62,952 nucleotides of DNA, filler included, from Octopus bimaculoides (GCF_001194135.2; 6 parts of 6 records of this genome joined end to end with filler, not necessarily neighbours in it), one strand, 5' to 3'; positions 12,370 to 24,356 are shown, counted from the whole stretch's first letter. Numbers and translations: made by a program. The notes: generated by a model not told the origin, from the letters alone.

Positions 12370-12770
12370 GTGTTCAGAGTTGGTGTATTTTGTTTAGATT
12401 CTCGTAGGTGGACGAGACTTTAATCTTTAATCTTTTGTCTTTTATCTCTTATTTGTTTCAGTCATTAGACCGTGGCCATGCTGCAGCACTGCATTGAAGA
12501 CATTTTAGTGTTCAGTGTTGTTATATTTTGTTCAGGTTCTTGATGGTGGGTGAGACTTTAATCTTTAATCTTTTATCTCTTATTTGTTTCAATCACTAGA
12601 CTGTGGCCATGCTGCAGTACAACCTGGAAGAGCTTTTAGCCGAACGAATCGACCCCAGGACTTATTTGCTTACTTTAAAGCGTTGTATTTGTTCTATCGG
12701 TCCGTTTTACCGAAATGCTAAGTTACGGGGATGTTAACACACCTACACCGATATATCATGACAGTTATAT
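12370..12770 (-). mobile_element. SINE family A 3' module with a duplicated tail/flank junction
   Basis: TTATTTGTTTCAGTCATTAGACCGTGGCCATGCTGCAG occurs twice with its flank (about 140-bp period), followed by GAATCGACCCCAGGACTTATT...CGAAATGCTAAGTTACGGGGA. Confidence 0.75.
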
Positions 12771-13149
12771 CGGGCTTCGTACATTTGTGCCCCGGCGGCA
12801 CTTTGATGACGTGTGCTTCTCTCTCACATAATAATAAAACACTTACATTGCACCATAACTCCATGAAAACGGTAACATGTTCACAGAGGCTCAAATCGTT
12901 TGTCCTTTTATGCATATAAGCCTAAAATTTTGAAAAGCATTTCATTGCTAGCATCTCCTTTTAAAGATACGTCTTCAGATTTGGTCAGGAAGTTCACACA
13001 GTCGCTACTGTTTACACGGACAAAAGAACTGGATGTAACTTAGAGAAGATCTGATCCCCACAAATCCTTCATCTTAGTGCCTGGTATTGTAAGGAGGCCA
13101 TTTTTTTTTTGATCTCAAACACAATGGGAACAGTCTTTTTTTAAAATTT

Positions 13150-13609
13150 AATGTGACGCGTCTCATATCCAAATCTTCAGTGATAATTGATTGAACTGAA
13201 CCGTAACTAATCTGCACGTCTGCGATGTTTTTCTCAGTTCTGCTGGTCGTGAGTCTCCCAGAACGTTCGTCAATATCGACTTTTTTTTCGGCCATCTTGG
13301 AAACGTCTAAACCACCCGTACTCTTGTGTGCCGCTCATACACTCCTTTCCATACATTTTCTGCAACTTTGCGCAGGCCTCTGAGCTAGTATCGCCATGAC
13401 AGCTTTCTTTGTCATGGTCAATGCGACGATTACACGCTACACACCTTCCTTCCAAGCACTGCTGTAAACATCAGAAGTGAGCTAGAACGTTAAAACTTAG
13501 TGCGCATGCATAACAGAGTTCAAGGTTAATCTTTATCAAGCGGCTTCACTCTGCGTGTTTTAGCTTTGTTACTATGGCAACAGTCCGGATACTCATTGAT
13601 GAGACCTCG
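13150..13609 (-). mobile_element. 5' half of a mariner transposon (dead)
   Basis: Minus strand begins TA|CGAGGTCTCATCAATGAGTATCCGGACTG. Translation TSSEACAKLQKMYGKECMSGTQEYGWFRRFQDGRKK / VDIDERSGRLTTSRTEKNIADVQISYGSVQSIITEDLDMRRV matches the mariner N-terminal HTH region with a deletion. Confidence 0.8.
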
Positions 13610-14044
13610 TATATAAATCACTATAGAGCTCCTATATGCTTATAAATCAATGAAGATCCCCTGTGCTCTTATATACTCAAAGATAAGGTAGACAAACCNN
13701 NNNNNNNNNNNNNNNNNNNNNNNNNNNNNNNNNNNNNNNNNNNNNNNNNNNNNNNNNNNNNNNNNNNNNNNNNNNNNNNNNNNNNNNNNNNNNNNNNNNN
13801 NNNNNAAACCCTTATATACTCTGAGGTAAAGCTTATAAGTTAGTGTAGGGCTCTTGGATGCTGGCAGGTATCGTTAAATTTCTTTCTTCTCACAGTTGCG
13901 ACACGTTATTGTCATCACCTTATAACCATGTCTCTCCCCCACGTACATATTAACACTTCTAATCAGTTCCGATCAGAAATTATGAGAGCAACTGCCTGGT
14001 ATCGCCTCAACGCATTTTATTATTATTCTGACTGAATTTTTAGC

Positions 14045-14350
14045 ACACTGGGCAAAATGCTTAGCGGTATTTCATCCGACTTTACGTTCTGAGTTCAAAT
14101 TCCTCCGAGGTCGACTTTGCCTTTCATCCTTTCGGGGTCGATAAATTAAGTACCGAGCACTAGGATCGATGTAATCGACTAATCCCCTTCCCCGAACTTT
14201 CTGGCCCTGTTATATGTATATATATAGTCAACGGAACAGCCTACTTGTGAAATTAGCGTGCAAGTGGCTGAGCACTCCACAGATACGTGTACCCTTAACG
14301 TAGATTCACCGTGACACACAGTGTGACAAGGCTGGCCCTTTGAAATACAG
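14045..14350 (+). mobile_element. SINE family B with 3' extension
   Basis: GGGCAAAATGCTTAGCGGTATTTC...GAGTTCAAATTCCTCCGAGGTCGACTTTGCCTTTCATCCTTTCGGGGTCGATAAATTAAGTACC; tail GTGTGACAAGGCTGGCCCTTTGAAATACAGG. Confidence 0.8.
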
Positions 14351-14412
14351 GCACAACAGAAACAGGAAGAAAGAGTGAGAAAAAGTGGTGGTGAAATAAT
14401 ATAGCAGAGTTC

Positions 14413-14520
14413 GCCGCCACCCCCTGCCGGGGCCACGTGGAGCTTTTAAGCGTTTTCGCTCAATAAACACTACGACCGCGAGTCCGCTGCCCTTACCACT
14501 GGGCAATTGCACCTCCACAT
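14413..14520 (-). mobile_element. tRNA-derived SINE head of a further family
   Basis: Minus strand GTGGAGGTGCAATTGCCCAGTGGTAAGGGCAGCGGACTCGCGGTCGTAG, with the B-box region deleted, then GTGTTTATTGAGCGAAAAC. Confidence 0.6.
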
Positions 14521-14541
14521 ACATACACACACACACACACA

Positions 14542-14584
<43 letters not shown>

Positions 14585-15201
14585 CCTTAACTGACACCGT
14601 TATTGTACGTATGTATGTACGTATGTATGTACGTATGTATATGATAACCGATATAAATGTTCGTTGGCTGGTTGTCGATTCTCCTGTAATGCTTACCATC
14701 GTACAGAGAGATAGGGGGAAAAAAATAAAACAAAAATACAGAAATACATGGAGAGTTAACATAAGACGTTGTGAATTAGTATCTTACAACTTTCTGAAAA
14801 GAGTTTTTTTTTTTCTCTGCTCTTTTTTTCTCTTTTTTGCATAAACATTTTTTTCGACGAAGTATACTGCGATCACATTTACAACAGTAGGAAAAAAAAA
14901 AAATATATGTATTATAAATTTGGGGAAAAAAAAACAATATATGCATAATAACATATATTTATGATAAATATAGAAATGAGAAGTAGGTTTTTTATTTCAT
15001 CTTATTTTACGGTAATAAATATTTTTCTTTTCATTTGATCATTTTCTATAAGCGCCAAAAAATTTCATAAAAAGTTAACTTAGAATTATTATATTTATAC
15101 CGTATTTTGCCATATATTGTCAAAACTATGTTCACTCCGCTATCGTCATATTATGTATATCAACCGAGTATACATACATACATATATACATATACATATT
15201 T

Positions 15202-15234
<33 letters not shown>

Positions 15235-15240
15235 CACACA

Positions 15241-15406
15241 TACGACGGGCTTCTTTCAGTTTCCGTCTACCAAATCCATTCGCAAGGCTTTGGTCGGCCC
15301 GAGGCTATAGTAGAAGACATTTGCCCAGGGTTCCACGCAGTGGGACTGAACCCGGAACCATGTGGTTGGTAAGCAAGCTACTTACCGCACAGCCACTCCT
15401 GCGCCT
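15241..15406 (-). mobile_element. SINE family A head, near consensus
   Basis: Minus strand AGGCGCAGGAGTGGCTGTGCGGTAAGTAGCTTGCTTACCAACCACATGGTTCCGGGTTCAGTCCCACTGCGTGG...GACGGAAACTGAAAGAAGCCCGTCGTA. Confidence 0.92.
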
Positions 15407-16111
15407 ATATATATGTATGTTTGTATGTATGTATGTATGTATGTATGTATGTATGTATGTATGTATGTATGTATGCATGTATGTAGGGGAGAATTCACAA
15501 AANNNNNNNNNNNNNNNNNNNNNNNNNNNNNNNNNNNNNNNNNNNNNNNNNNNNNNNNNNNNNNNNNNNNNNNNNNNNNNNNNNNNNNNNNNNNNNNNNN
15601 NNNNNNNNNNNNNNNNNNNNNNNNNNNNNNNNNNNNNNNNNNNNNNNNNNNNNNNNNNNNNNNNNNNNNNNNNNNNNNNNNNNNNNNNNNNNNNNNNNNN
15701 NNNNNNNNNNNNNNNNNNNNNNNNNNNNNNNNNNNNNNNNNNNNNNNNNNNNNNNNNNNNNNNNNNNNNNNNNNNNNNNNNNNNNNNNNNNNNNNNNNNN
15801 NNNNNNNNNNNNNNNNNNNNNNNNNNNNNNNNNNNNNNNNNNNNNNNNNNNNNNNNNNNNNNNNNNNNNNNNNNNNNNNNNNNNNNNNNNNNNNNNNNNN
15901 NNNNNNNNNNNNNNNNNNNNNNNAAATTAACTAGTAGCTAGTTTGATATATACATGCATACATAAATACATACATACATACAAGCATACATACATATGTA
16001 TGCATGTATGTGTGTGTGTATGTGTGTTCGTGTGTGTGTGTTTTGTGTGTAAGATTTGGAGAAAGAGGAAGAGATAGACAAATAGAAAAATATATATAGA
16101 TAGATCAGTAA

Positions 16112-16164
<53 letters not shown>

Positions 16165-16179
16165 AGCCTCAGTACTTAC

Positions 16180-17575
16180 AGTCGGTCGTTTAAACACCAT
16201 TCTCTCGTATTTATCTTCACCACTGTAGACATAACTGAGGGATGATATATCCGGGGGGAAGCTATTATCCACAAACAGAAGGGGGCCATCGTCTATGTCT
16301 CCGGGACTTAACGAACAACCATCGTCTGCATATGTCTTTACCTCTGACCCCTCATCACCTTCTTCTTGTGACTCTAGTCTAATATTTCTTTCCGTTTTCA
16401 CCTCAGATTTTGATTCTCCCTCCAAAATGCCGGCATCCAAACCCGCCTGCTTGTTTTTATGCAACGTGTCGTCTGCTCCTTCCAGTTGAGCTCCGACGGA
16501 TTTCTCACGTTGTTTATCGAATTGTTCTTGTTTACTGGCATGTTGTTGTGATTGGAGTTTCCGACTTCGCCGGGCTGCGTACTGTTCCTTCAGGGCCAAA
16601 TACTCCGCGTTCTGTATCTCCTGCCGATTTCCTTTGTCACCTTGCTCCGGCCGCGCGGTTCGAACTGTTGTCGTGGGGGTCGACACGGCAGCGGCGGCGG
16701 CGGCGATGGCGGCAACTGCGGGTGACGGCGACGATGATGATGATATCGATGATGATGTTGATAGTGTTGTTGTTTNNNNNNNNNNNNNNNNNNNNNNNNN
16801 NNNNNNNNNNNNNNNNNNNNNNNNNNNNNNNNNNNNNNNNNNNNNNNNNNNNNNNNNNNNNNNNNNNNNNNNNNNNNNNNNNNNNNNNNNNNNNNNNNNN
16901 NNNNNNNNNNNNNNNNNNNNNNNNNNNNNNNNNNNNNNNNNNNNNNNNNNNNNNNNNNNNNNNNNNNNNNNNNNNNNNNNNNNNNNNNNNNNNNNNNNNN
17001 NNNNNNNNNNNNNNNNNNNNNNNNNNNNNNNNNNNNNNNNNNNNNNNNNNNNNNNNNNNNNNNNNNNNNNNNNNNNNNNNNNNNNNNNNNNNNNNNNNNN
17101 NNNNNNNNNNNNNNNNNNNNNNNNNNNNNNNNNNNNNNNNNNNNNNNNNNNNNNNNNNNNNNNNNNNNNNNNNNNNNNNNNNNNNNNNNNNNNNNNNNNN
17201 NNNNNNNNNNNNNNNNNNNNNNNNNNNNNNNNNNNNNNNNNNNNNNNNNNNNNNNNNCGATGACAACGACGACGTTAACGTTGGTGTTGCTGCCGCCGTT
17301 GCCGTTGCTGTTGTTGTTGTTGTTGTTGTTGTTGTTATTGATGCTGCTGCTGCTGTCGATGTCGACGATGTTGACGATGACGGCGGAGGCGGTGGAGGCG
17401 GCGACGGCGACGGAGGGGAAGGCGACGGCGGCGGGGCCGGCGGGGGCGGCAGCGGCAGCGTCGACATGGGCGCTGACAGCGGCGACGAAGACGAAGACGA
17501 CGACGATGACGACGATGACGATGACGATGACGATGACGACGATGCTGGAGTCTTTGTTGACAAAGCTGTTGTCAT
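16180..17575 (-). CDS. Calpain-family protease, probable first coding exon (low-complexity N-terminus plus start of CysPc domain); partial, spans an N-gap
   Basis: Ends PLLFVDNSFPPDISSLSYVYSGEDKYERMVFKRPT followed by GTAAGT (16179-16174), phase 0. Matches the calpain LFxDxxFPPxxxSL...WKRP motif; human CAPN2/CAPN3 exon 1 ends at KRP(T/P) in phase 0. S/T/P/A-rich frames are open on both sides of the gap (gap size estimated, so frames offset). Start taken as ATG 17575; an acceptor before 17621 is an alternative. Confidence 0.75.
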
Positions 17576-18051
17576 CGCTATAATTGTTGTTGTTGTTGCT
17601 GGTTTATTATGGAAGAAGTTCCTGTTTAATAATAAACACAGCAGTTTCTTGCAACCAGAAGCGCAACTCTTTCGTATGTTGTGTTAATTATTATTATTAC
17701 AAAATGTTGTTGTTGTTGTTGTTGAAGTTGTTGTTGTTTGTGTTGCAGTTCTTAAAACTGTTGTTTGTTGTTTGCTGTTGTTGTTGTTGCTGTTGTAGTT
17801 GCTGTGGTTAGGGTTGTAGTTGTGGCTATTGTTCCTTCAGTAGTAACTATAGTAGATATAGTTGCACCGATTCTGAGCACTGCTGCTGCTGTTGTTGTTG
17901 CTGTTGCTGCTGCTACTGCTTTTGCTGTCAGTGCTGCTGCTGCTGTTGCTGGTGGTGCTGTTGCTGGTGGTGGTGTTGTCGTTGTTGTCGTGGAGGAGAC
18001 AGCTGCGACAGTCTGGCGAACTGGAGACATCGCTCTGCTGGAATAATGACG

Positions 18052-18110
<59 letters not shown>

Positions 18111-18830
18111 NNNNNNNNNNNNNNNNNNNNNNNNNNNNNNNNNNNNNNNNNNNNTTAATTAATTAANNNNNNNNNNNNNNNNNNNNNNNNNNNNNNNNNN
18201 NNNNNNNNNNTATATATAGCAGCCAAATATCTCTTACATCATTTAGAAACAGAACGCTACGTTGGATAGTGTATTGATAGAGGCTCTGTATTTCAAGTCC
18301 ATACATATTATCTTCTCTTTACGTCAAAGAAGGCATTTTCTTCTTGTCTTTAATAAAATGAGTGGGCACCCATGGAAAAATCCATGGATGGAGATGAATG
18401 TTCAGGCAAATTGCATTTAAAGGAATTAATTGAATAAAATACACATTCTCTCTTTATCATTTATTAAATAATAAAATATAACGAAACACAATTTCTTTAT
18501 TGACAGTTAAACTTATTAAGTACATTGCTACTCAGTTGCCAGTAAACTGAAGGGACTTGTCAGTGATTCAATAAAAATACAGAGATCTAGTAAAAATATC
18601 ACAGCAGCTAATTGTCTTTGATGTGCAACGAGAGGGAGAGAGAGAGAAAGAGATGAAGACACATTACCAATTATTATAGTAGATGGACTAGCAAGCTTGC
18701 TTCTTCTGCACGAGGGAGAAACATTTATAGAATATGATGGATGATGTAATAGAAGCAATACAACTCAGAACAGACAATATAAAACATAATGCATTAAATA
18801 CATTATGTATTTGCTGAAGTTTTTGCATTA

Positions 18831-18902
18831 AGCAGAGTGACGCAGTGGAAGCATGTTGGACCCATAACCCAGAGGTCTGTAAATTGATACTATGCTCTGT
18901 GA
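18831..18902 (+). pseudogene. Initiator tRNA-Met pseudogene
   Basis: AGCAGAGTGACGCAGTGGAAGCATGTTGGACCCATAACCCAGAGGTCTGTAAATTGATACTATGCTCTGTGA aligns ungapped to eukaryotic tRNA-iMet (AGCAGAGTGGCGCAGCGGAAGCGTGCTGGGCCCATAACCCAGAGGTCGATGGATCGAAACCATCCTCTGCTA). CAT anticodon retained, T-arm/B box damaged. Confidence 0.85.
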
Positions 18903-19719
18903 AAAACTGGTTATTATTTCTGTGCAACAGTAGTAATATTAATTTAAAATAGTAACCTATGTATCATATCTAATGCAGATACATCATGGAAAGCCAAGTT
19001 AACTGAGGTATTTTTATTGCAAGATAGTATCTGCTATAGGTGTACAGTGTTAAAAAGTACAAAAATATGCTAGAAGCAGATGAAAATTGACTGGCAGTGG
19101 TGATGGCATTGCTAATTGTGCATTTCTGTGTCTTTGAGCTTCATCAATAACAAGTATTGACTAGCTAAGACAAAAATCCATGATTACTGATACAGATATA
19201 CATTTAGTATATAGGATAAAATAAGCACCAGACAAAGTATTCGGACTGATGCATTAACATCATCATTGTTTTAACATGCACTTTTCCATGATCTAAAGCA
19301 GGTTGGTAACAAAAGAGTTAAAACATGAATTTAAACTGCTGCAGATGTGGAAAGTAAAGGGATGGATTTGAAACTGTTTACTAGGAATTTCAAAATGCAG
19401 GAATTTCAGTCTAGATCATCACCATCATCATTACCATGATTGCCAAATCTAAAGCATCTTCGACTATAAGCCATCACTGTGATTATCACAGATGCCATAT
19501 TTAAGTGCAAAGAAGCAGATTTGAAACTGCTTACTCATCAGGTTCCAAACCGTTTTACATATTCTTAAAAAAAAAAAAACGTGAATCTAATCCATCATAA
19601 TCATTGTCATTGTCAAGAAGTAAATTATCTTGGGACAAAGTTGAGTAAATATTAAAACTCAAACATTAATAAACAAATCAAGAGGTGTGAGTTTCAAATT
19701 GCTTGCTCTGCAGTCTAAA

Positions 19720-19852
19720 AAAAAAAAAAAGATTTTCTTTTTTTTTCTTCTCTTTTTTTCTTCTCTTTTTTTTTCTTCTCTTTTTTTCTTCTCTTTTTTT
19801 TTCTTCTCTTTTTTTTTCTTCTCTTTTTTTTTCTTCTCTTTTTTTTTCCCCC
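19720..19852. repeat. Polypyrimidine minisatellite (T-run plus CTTCTC)n
   Basis: Visible; source of the KKKRR/FFFS ORFs. Confidence 0.95.
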
Positions 19853-20340
19853 TTTTCCACCAAAAATTTGTAACAATTCCAAAAAAGAAAAAATTAAAAA
19901 TCTGATACGTCTTGAGAGTAAATTAAATAAACATAAAATTATATAAAGGAGTAGTTCCAAGAGAGACACCAGTTGTATTTGGGTTGTAATGTTAAACTGT
20001 CGGTAACATTCCAGGAATGAACCAATATTAGCTCTATAGAATTGACACTATTCATTGCCGTTAAATGAAGAATAACAACCAAATAATGAACGAATAAATA
20101 AATAAATGAATTAAAGAATACTATATAAAAATCAATGAAAAATGGGTGGGAGGTGGGAGGTGGGGGAGAGGACAGAAAGCAAGAAAAATACGACAAGGAT
20201 ATAATTATAAAAAAACAAAAACAAAAACAGAATAACTAAAAATCAAAATCAAAAATAAAAAGATGAAATCTCTGAATAACAAAAATGAGACATCACTATT
20301 AAGTTTTCACACATTTTAAAACCAATGTTTCATATTAGCA

Positions 20341-20417
<77 letters not shown>

Positions 20418-21344
20418 GGGATAATGAACGAAACCATTGCAATTGTTGTCGCTGTCATGATGACCATGACAGACCACATCTTCGTCAACAACACTTATCC
20501 TCCTTCAAATGCTATTGATTTCTATTACTTGTACATCTACCACTGCATCCGACACCACAATCACCATGATCAGCCACCAAGATCACTCCAACAATGACCA
20601 CTCCAACTACTATTTCATATTAGCAACAATGATAATAATAATCCTTTCTGCTACAGGCACAAAGCCTGAAATGTGTAGGGAAGAAGCTAGTGCATCACAT
20701 CAACTCTAAAAAGATGAAAGGCTAAGCCAACCTCAGCAGATAAACTTTACAGGCACAGAAGTGCCATTGCTGACCAGTGGGTTTATGTCGAACACCTACC
20801 GTCATGTGTAGGATGGATTCAGTTATCAGCTGAAACCATTGTGAAGATTGCCCAGCAGCCGTCTTTTGGCCAAGAGAGGCAGGCTATTTTTATTTGTCTA
20901 GTGGCTGTAGCGAAAGAGGTAATATGGTGGATTTGGTAGACGGAAATTGAAAGAANNNNNNNNNNNNNNNNNNNNNNNNNNNNNNNNNNNNNNNNNNNNN
21001 NNNNNNNNNNNNNNNNNNNNNNNNNNNNNNNNNNNNNNNNNNNNNNNNNNNNNNNNNNNNNNNNNNNNNNNNNNNNNNNNNNNNNNNNNNNNNNNNNNNN
21101 NNNNNNNNNNNNNNNNNNNNNNNNNNNNNNNNNNNNNNNNNNNNNNNNNNNNNNNNNNNNNNNNNNNNNNNNNNNNNNNNNNNNNNNNNNNNNNNNNNNN
21201 NNNNNNNNNNNNNNNNNNNNNNNNNNNNNNNNNNNNNNNNNNNNNNNNNNNNNNNNNNNNNNNNNNNNNNNNNNNNNNNNNNNNNNNNNNNNNNNNNNNN
21301 NNNNNNNNNNNNNNNNNNNNNNNNNNNNNNNNNNNNNNNCTAGG

Positions 21345-21543
21345 CACAAGGCCTTGAAAATTTTGGGGGGAAAGGGGTTAGTCAATTACATTGACCCCAG
21401 TGCCTAACTGGTGCTTATGTCATCGACCCTGAAAGGATGAAAAGCAAAGTTGACCTTGGTGGAATTTGAACTCAGAACGAAGCAGCAGACAGAATACCGC
21501 TGAGCATTTCGCCCAGCGTGCTAATGATTCTGCCATCTCACCA
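21345..21543 (-). mobile_element. SINE family B
   Basis: Reverse complement of the 7515-7727 family (GAATTTGAACTCAGAACG...GCATTTCGCCCAGCGTGCTAATGATTCTGCC). Confidence 0.85.
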
Positions 21544-21894
21544 CCAGTGAATCACAACTATGGCTATGGTGTCTCTGCTATCCAACGCCTTTGCTCTCCC
21601 ATTGGGGAATTTTTCAAATTTGACAGCCTTGACTGTGATTGTCGGCAATGGTTATCATTCATGAAGGATGTGGTGAACTCATTGGTTGGAGGAGGCTTAA
21701 CCCATCCTGGATGAATGCTGTAGTAAATTAGTAAAATACAAAGCCATTCCATATTTAAAAATGTATTGTAGATGTATAATTGATTCATTGCATGTAATCC
21801 TTAACAATAGAATCTTATATGAACCCCCAATGGTTATGTAGAGCCTGGTTGAGAACCTCTGATCTATAACATAGGCAAGAGGCCACAAATTTGG

Positions 21895-22165
21895 GATCAT
21901 CATTATCATCATCATTTGATGTCCATTTCCTATGCTGGCATGGGTTGGACGATTTGACAGAAGCTGATAAGACCAAGGGCTGCACCAAGTTGCAGAGTCT
22001 GTTTTGGCTTGGTTTCTACAGCTGGATGCCCTTCCTGATGCCAACCCCTTTACAGAGTGTAGCAGGGGCTGCCCCATCACCTGTGCTTTTTACACGGTAC
22101 CACCACCAGTCCTTTTTACACAGCACCATCACTGGCACTTTTAGTGGTCCTTAATGACATCGAGA
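21895..22165 (-). mobile_element. Retroposon 3' end, family D, with (GAT)n tail
   Basis: Reverse complement of 31886-32105 (GGATGCCCTTCCT.A.GCCAACC; CCATGCCAGCATGGAAA..GGAC). Confidence 0.75.
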
Positions 22166-22339
22166 CCCAGTATTTTAATCGGTTACGTTATTCTGCATTA
22201 ATTCTGGAAGAACGAACAGGATAGAATGGAGCTCGACCGGATTTGAACTTAGAGCGTAAATCACCGATACAAAACACTGCTCTAAACAATTCTGCTAATC
22301 CTCAAATAACAACAACAACAATAATAATAATACTAATAC

Positions 22340-22373
<34 letters not shown>

Positions 22374-22386
22374 GATAATAACAATA

Positions 22387-22417
<31 letters not shown>

Positions 22418-22648
22418 AGCCGATTGCCAAGCACACTTTTCCTGCTTCTTTTCCTGGCTGTTGAAGATGTCGCAGTTGCTACAGACCTCCCCCCGTTGTC
22501 GTCGGCGTCACCACCGACGTCGCAGCGCACATTTGGATCCTCACAGGAGGAGCTCTGTTAACCACATTAAACAATTCAACAATTCTAAGCTCAAGTTGTA
22601 TGATTCTCAATTCCTGCTCTAATGAAATCTTGCAGGTTTTCATACGAG

Positions 22649-22688
<40 letters not shown>

Positions 22689-23026
22689 TGTGCGTGTGTA
22701 TGTTTGTGAGTGTGTAAGTGCATGTGTGCAGGTGTATTTATGAATACGCAAATACACACACAAACACATCAGTACACACATACCTGAACACACATGTATG
22801 TACATGGGAGCAAATATGTGCATGTGCATTTATGTGTGTGTACATATATACACATGTGTGTGCTCATGTGTACTTGTGTGTGTGTGTGTGTGTGTGTGGA
22901 AGGGCCTCTACCCCACATCATTCTCTATTGTTTTAGCTCCTCCCCTTTCTTTTACACACACACACGTTCTCACACAAACATGACTACCTTCGCCGTTTAA
23001 TGACATCACTACCAGAAACACCACTG

Positions 23027-23060
<34 letters not shown>

Positions 23061-23199
23061 TAATAATAATAATAATGATAATAATAATGACGATGATGAT
23101 GTTGATGATAATTAAAAAAAGAAAACGAACATTTCATTTCACTCACTCGCTCTCTTTCCAAAAACATCACTACCACCACTACCACTACCACCACTACCC

Positions 23200-23231
<32 letters not shown>

Positions 23232-23889
23232 GCTGCTGCTACTGCTGCTGCTGCTTCAAAAAACATGGAATGAAAGCAAAATCCATCCCTGAAAACACAA
23301 CTCTTCCCTGTCCACCCCTTGACAAAAAAAATGTGCAACAGGAAGAACAACAACATAACTATGGATCGCTCTCCTCCTAACAGAAAAAAAAGGTGGGGGG
23401 GGGACCACTAATAATAAACATGACAAAAAACCCCCCAAAAAACAAACAAAAAAATCCTGCTCCCCCCACCCATACAATTCCCTACTCCTCCCCCTCCTAG
23501 GCTGACAGGTTTTTTGTTTCTTATTNNNNNNNNNNNNNNNNNNNNNNNNNNNNNNNNNNNNNNNNNNNNNNNNNNNNNNNNNNNNNNNNNNNNNNNNNNN
23601 NNNNNNNNNNNNNNNNNNNNNNNNNNNNNNNNNNNNNNNNNNNNNNNNNNNNNNNNNNNNNNNNNNNNNNNNNNNNNNNNNNNNNNNNNNNNNNNNNNNN
23701 NNNNNNNNNNNNNNNNNNNNNNNNNNNNNNNNNNNNNNNNNNNNNNNNNNNNNNNNNNNNNNNNNNNNNNNNNNNNNNNNNNNNNNNNNNNNNNNNNNNN
23801 NNNNNNNNNNNNNNNNNNNNNNNNNNNNNNNNNNNNNNNNNNNNNNNNNNNNNNNNNNNNGTCACCAATATCACAAAAGAAGTGTCTTT

Positions 23890-24356
23890 GAGAGGTGGTG
23901 GTGGGTGCTGATGGTGGTGAGTTTACTTACTGGTCAGTAGTGGTGATGGTGGTGGGTAGTGGTGGTGGGTAGTGGTGGTGTTGGCAAAAGCAGAGGGGTG
24001 TTGATGGTAGTGATGGGTGTTGGTAATGGTATGTGGTGATGAGTGCCTTTTAGAGGTGGTGGTGCTGATGGCGGTAGTGGTGGAGGGGGTGGGGTTACTG
24101 GTCAGTAGTGGTGATGGTGGTGGGTAGTGGTGGTGGTGGTGTTGGCAAAAGCAGAGGGGTGTTGATGGTAGTGATGGGTGTTGGTGATGATGGTGCTGAT
24201 GATGGTAGTGGTGGTGGTGGTCTTGCTTAGGGCAGTGTGGATGGTGGTGACAGAGATGGTGGTGGTGTTGGTAGTGATGATAATAATGGAGATAGCAGAG
24301 ACGATGATGATGATGATGATGATGACGACGACAATGAAGATGATGTTGTGGTCGTT

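Noticed and set aside
16410-17687. Plus-strand poly-D/G/V ORFs over the calpain exon
   Set aside because: Antisense shadows of the S/T/P/A-rich minus frame, which has the domain motif and splice donor.
18155-18166. Identical TTAATTAATTAA inside N-runs (also 34176, 49632, 54593, 60247)
   Set aside because: In the cases counted it is flanked by 44 N on each side (100 bp total) and it gives stops in all six frames: a scaffolding spacer, not biology.
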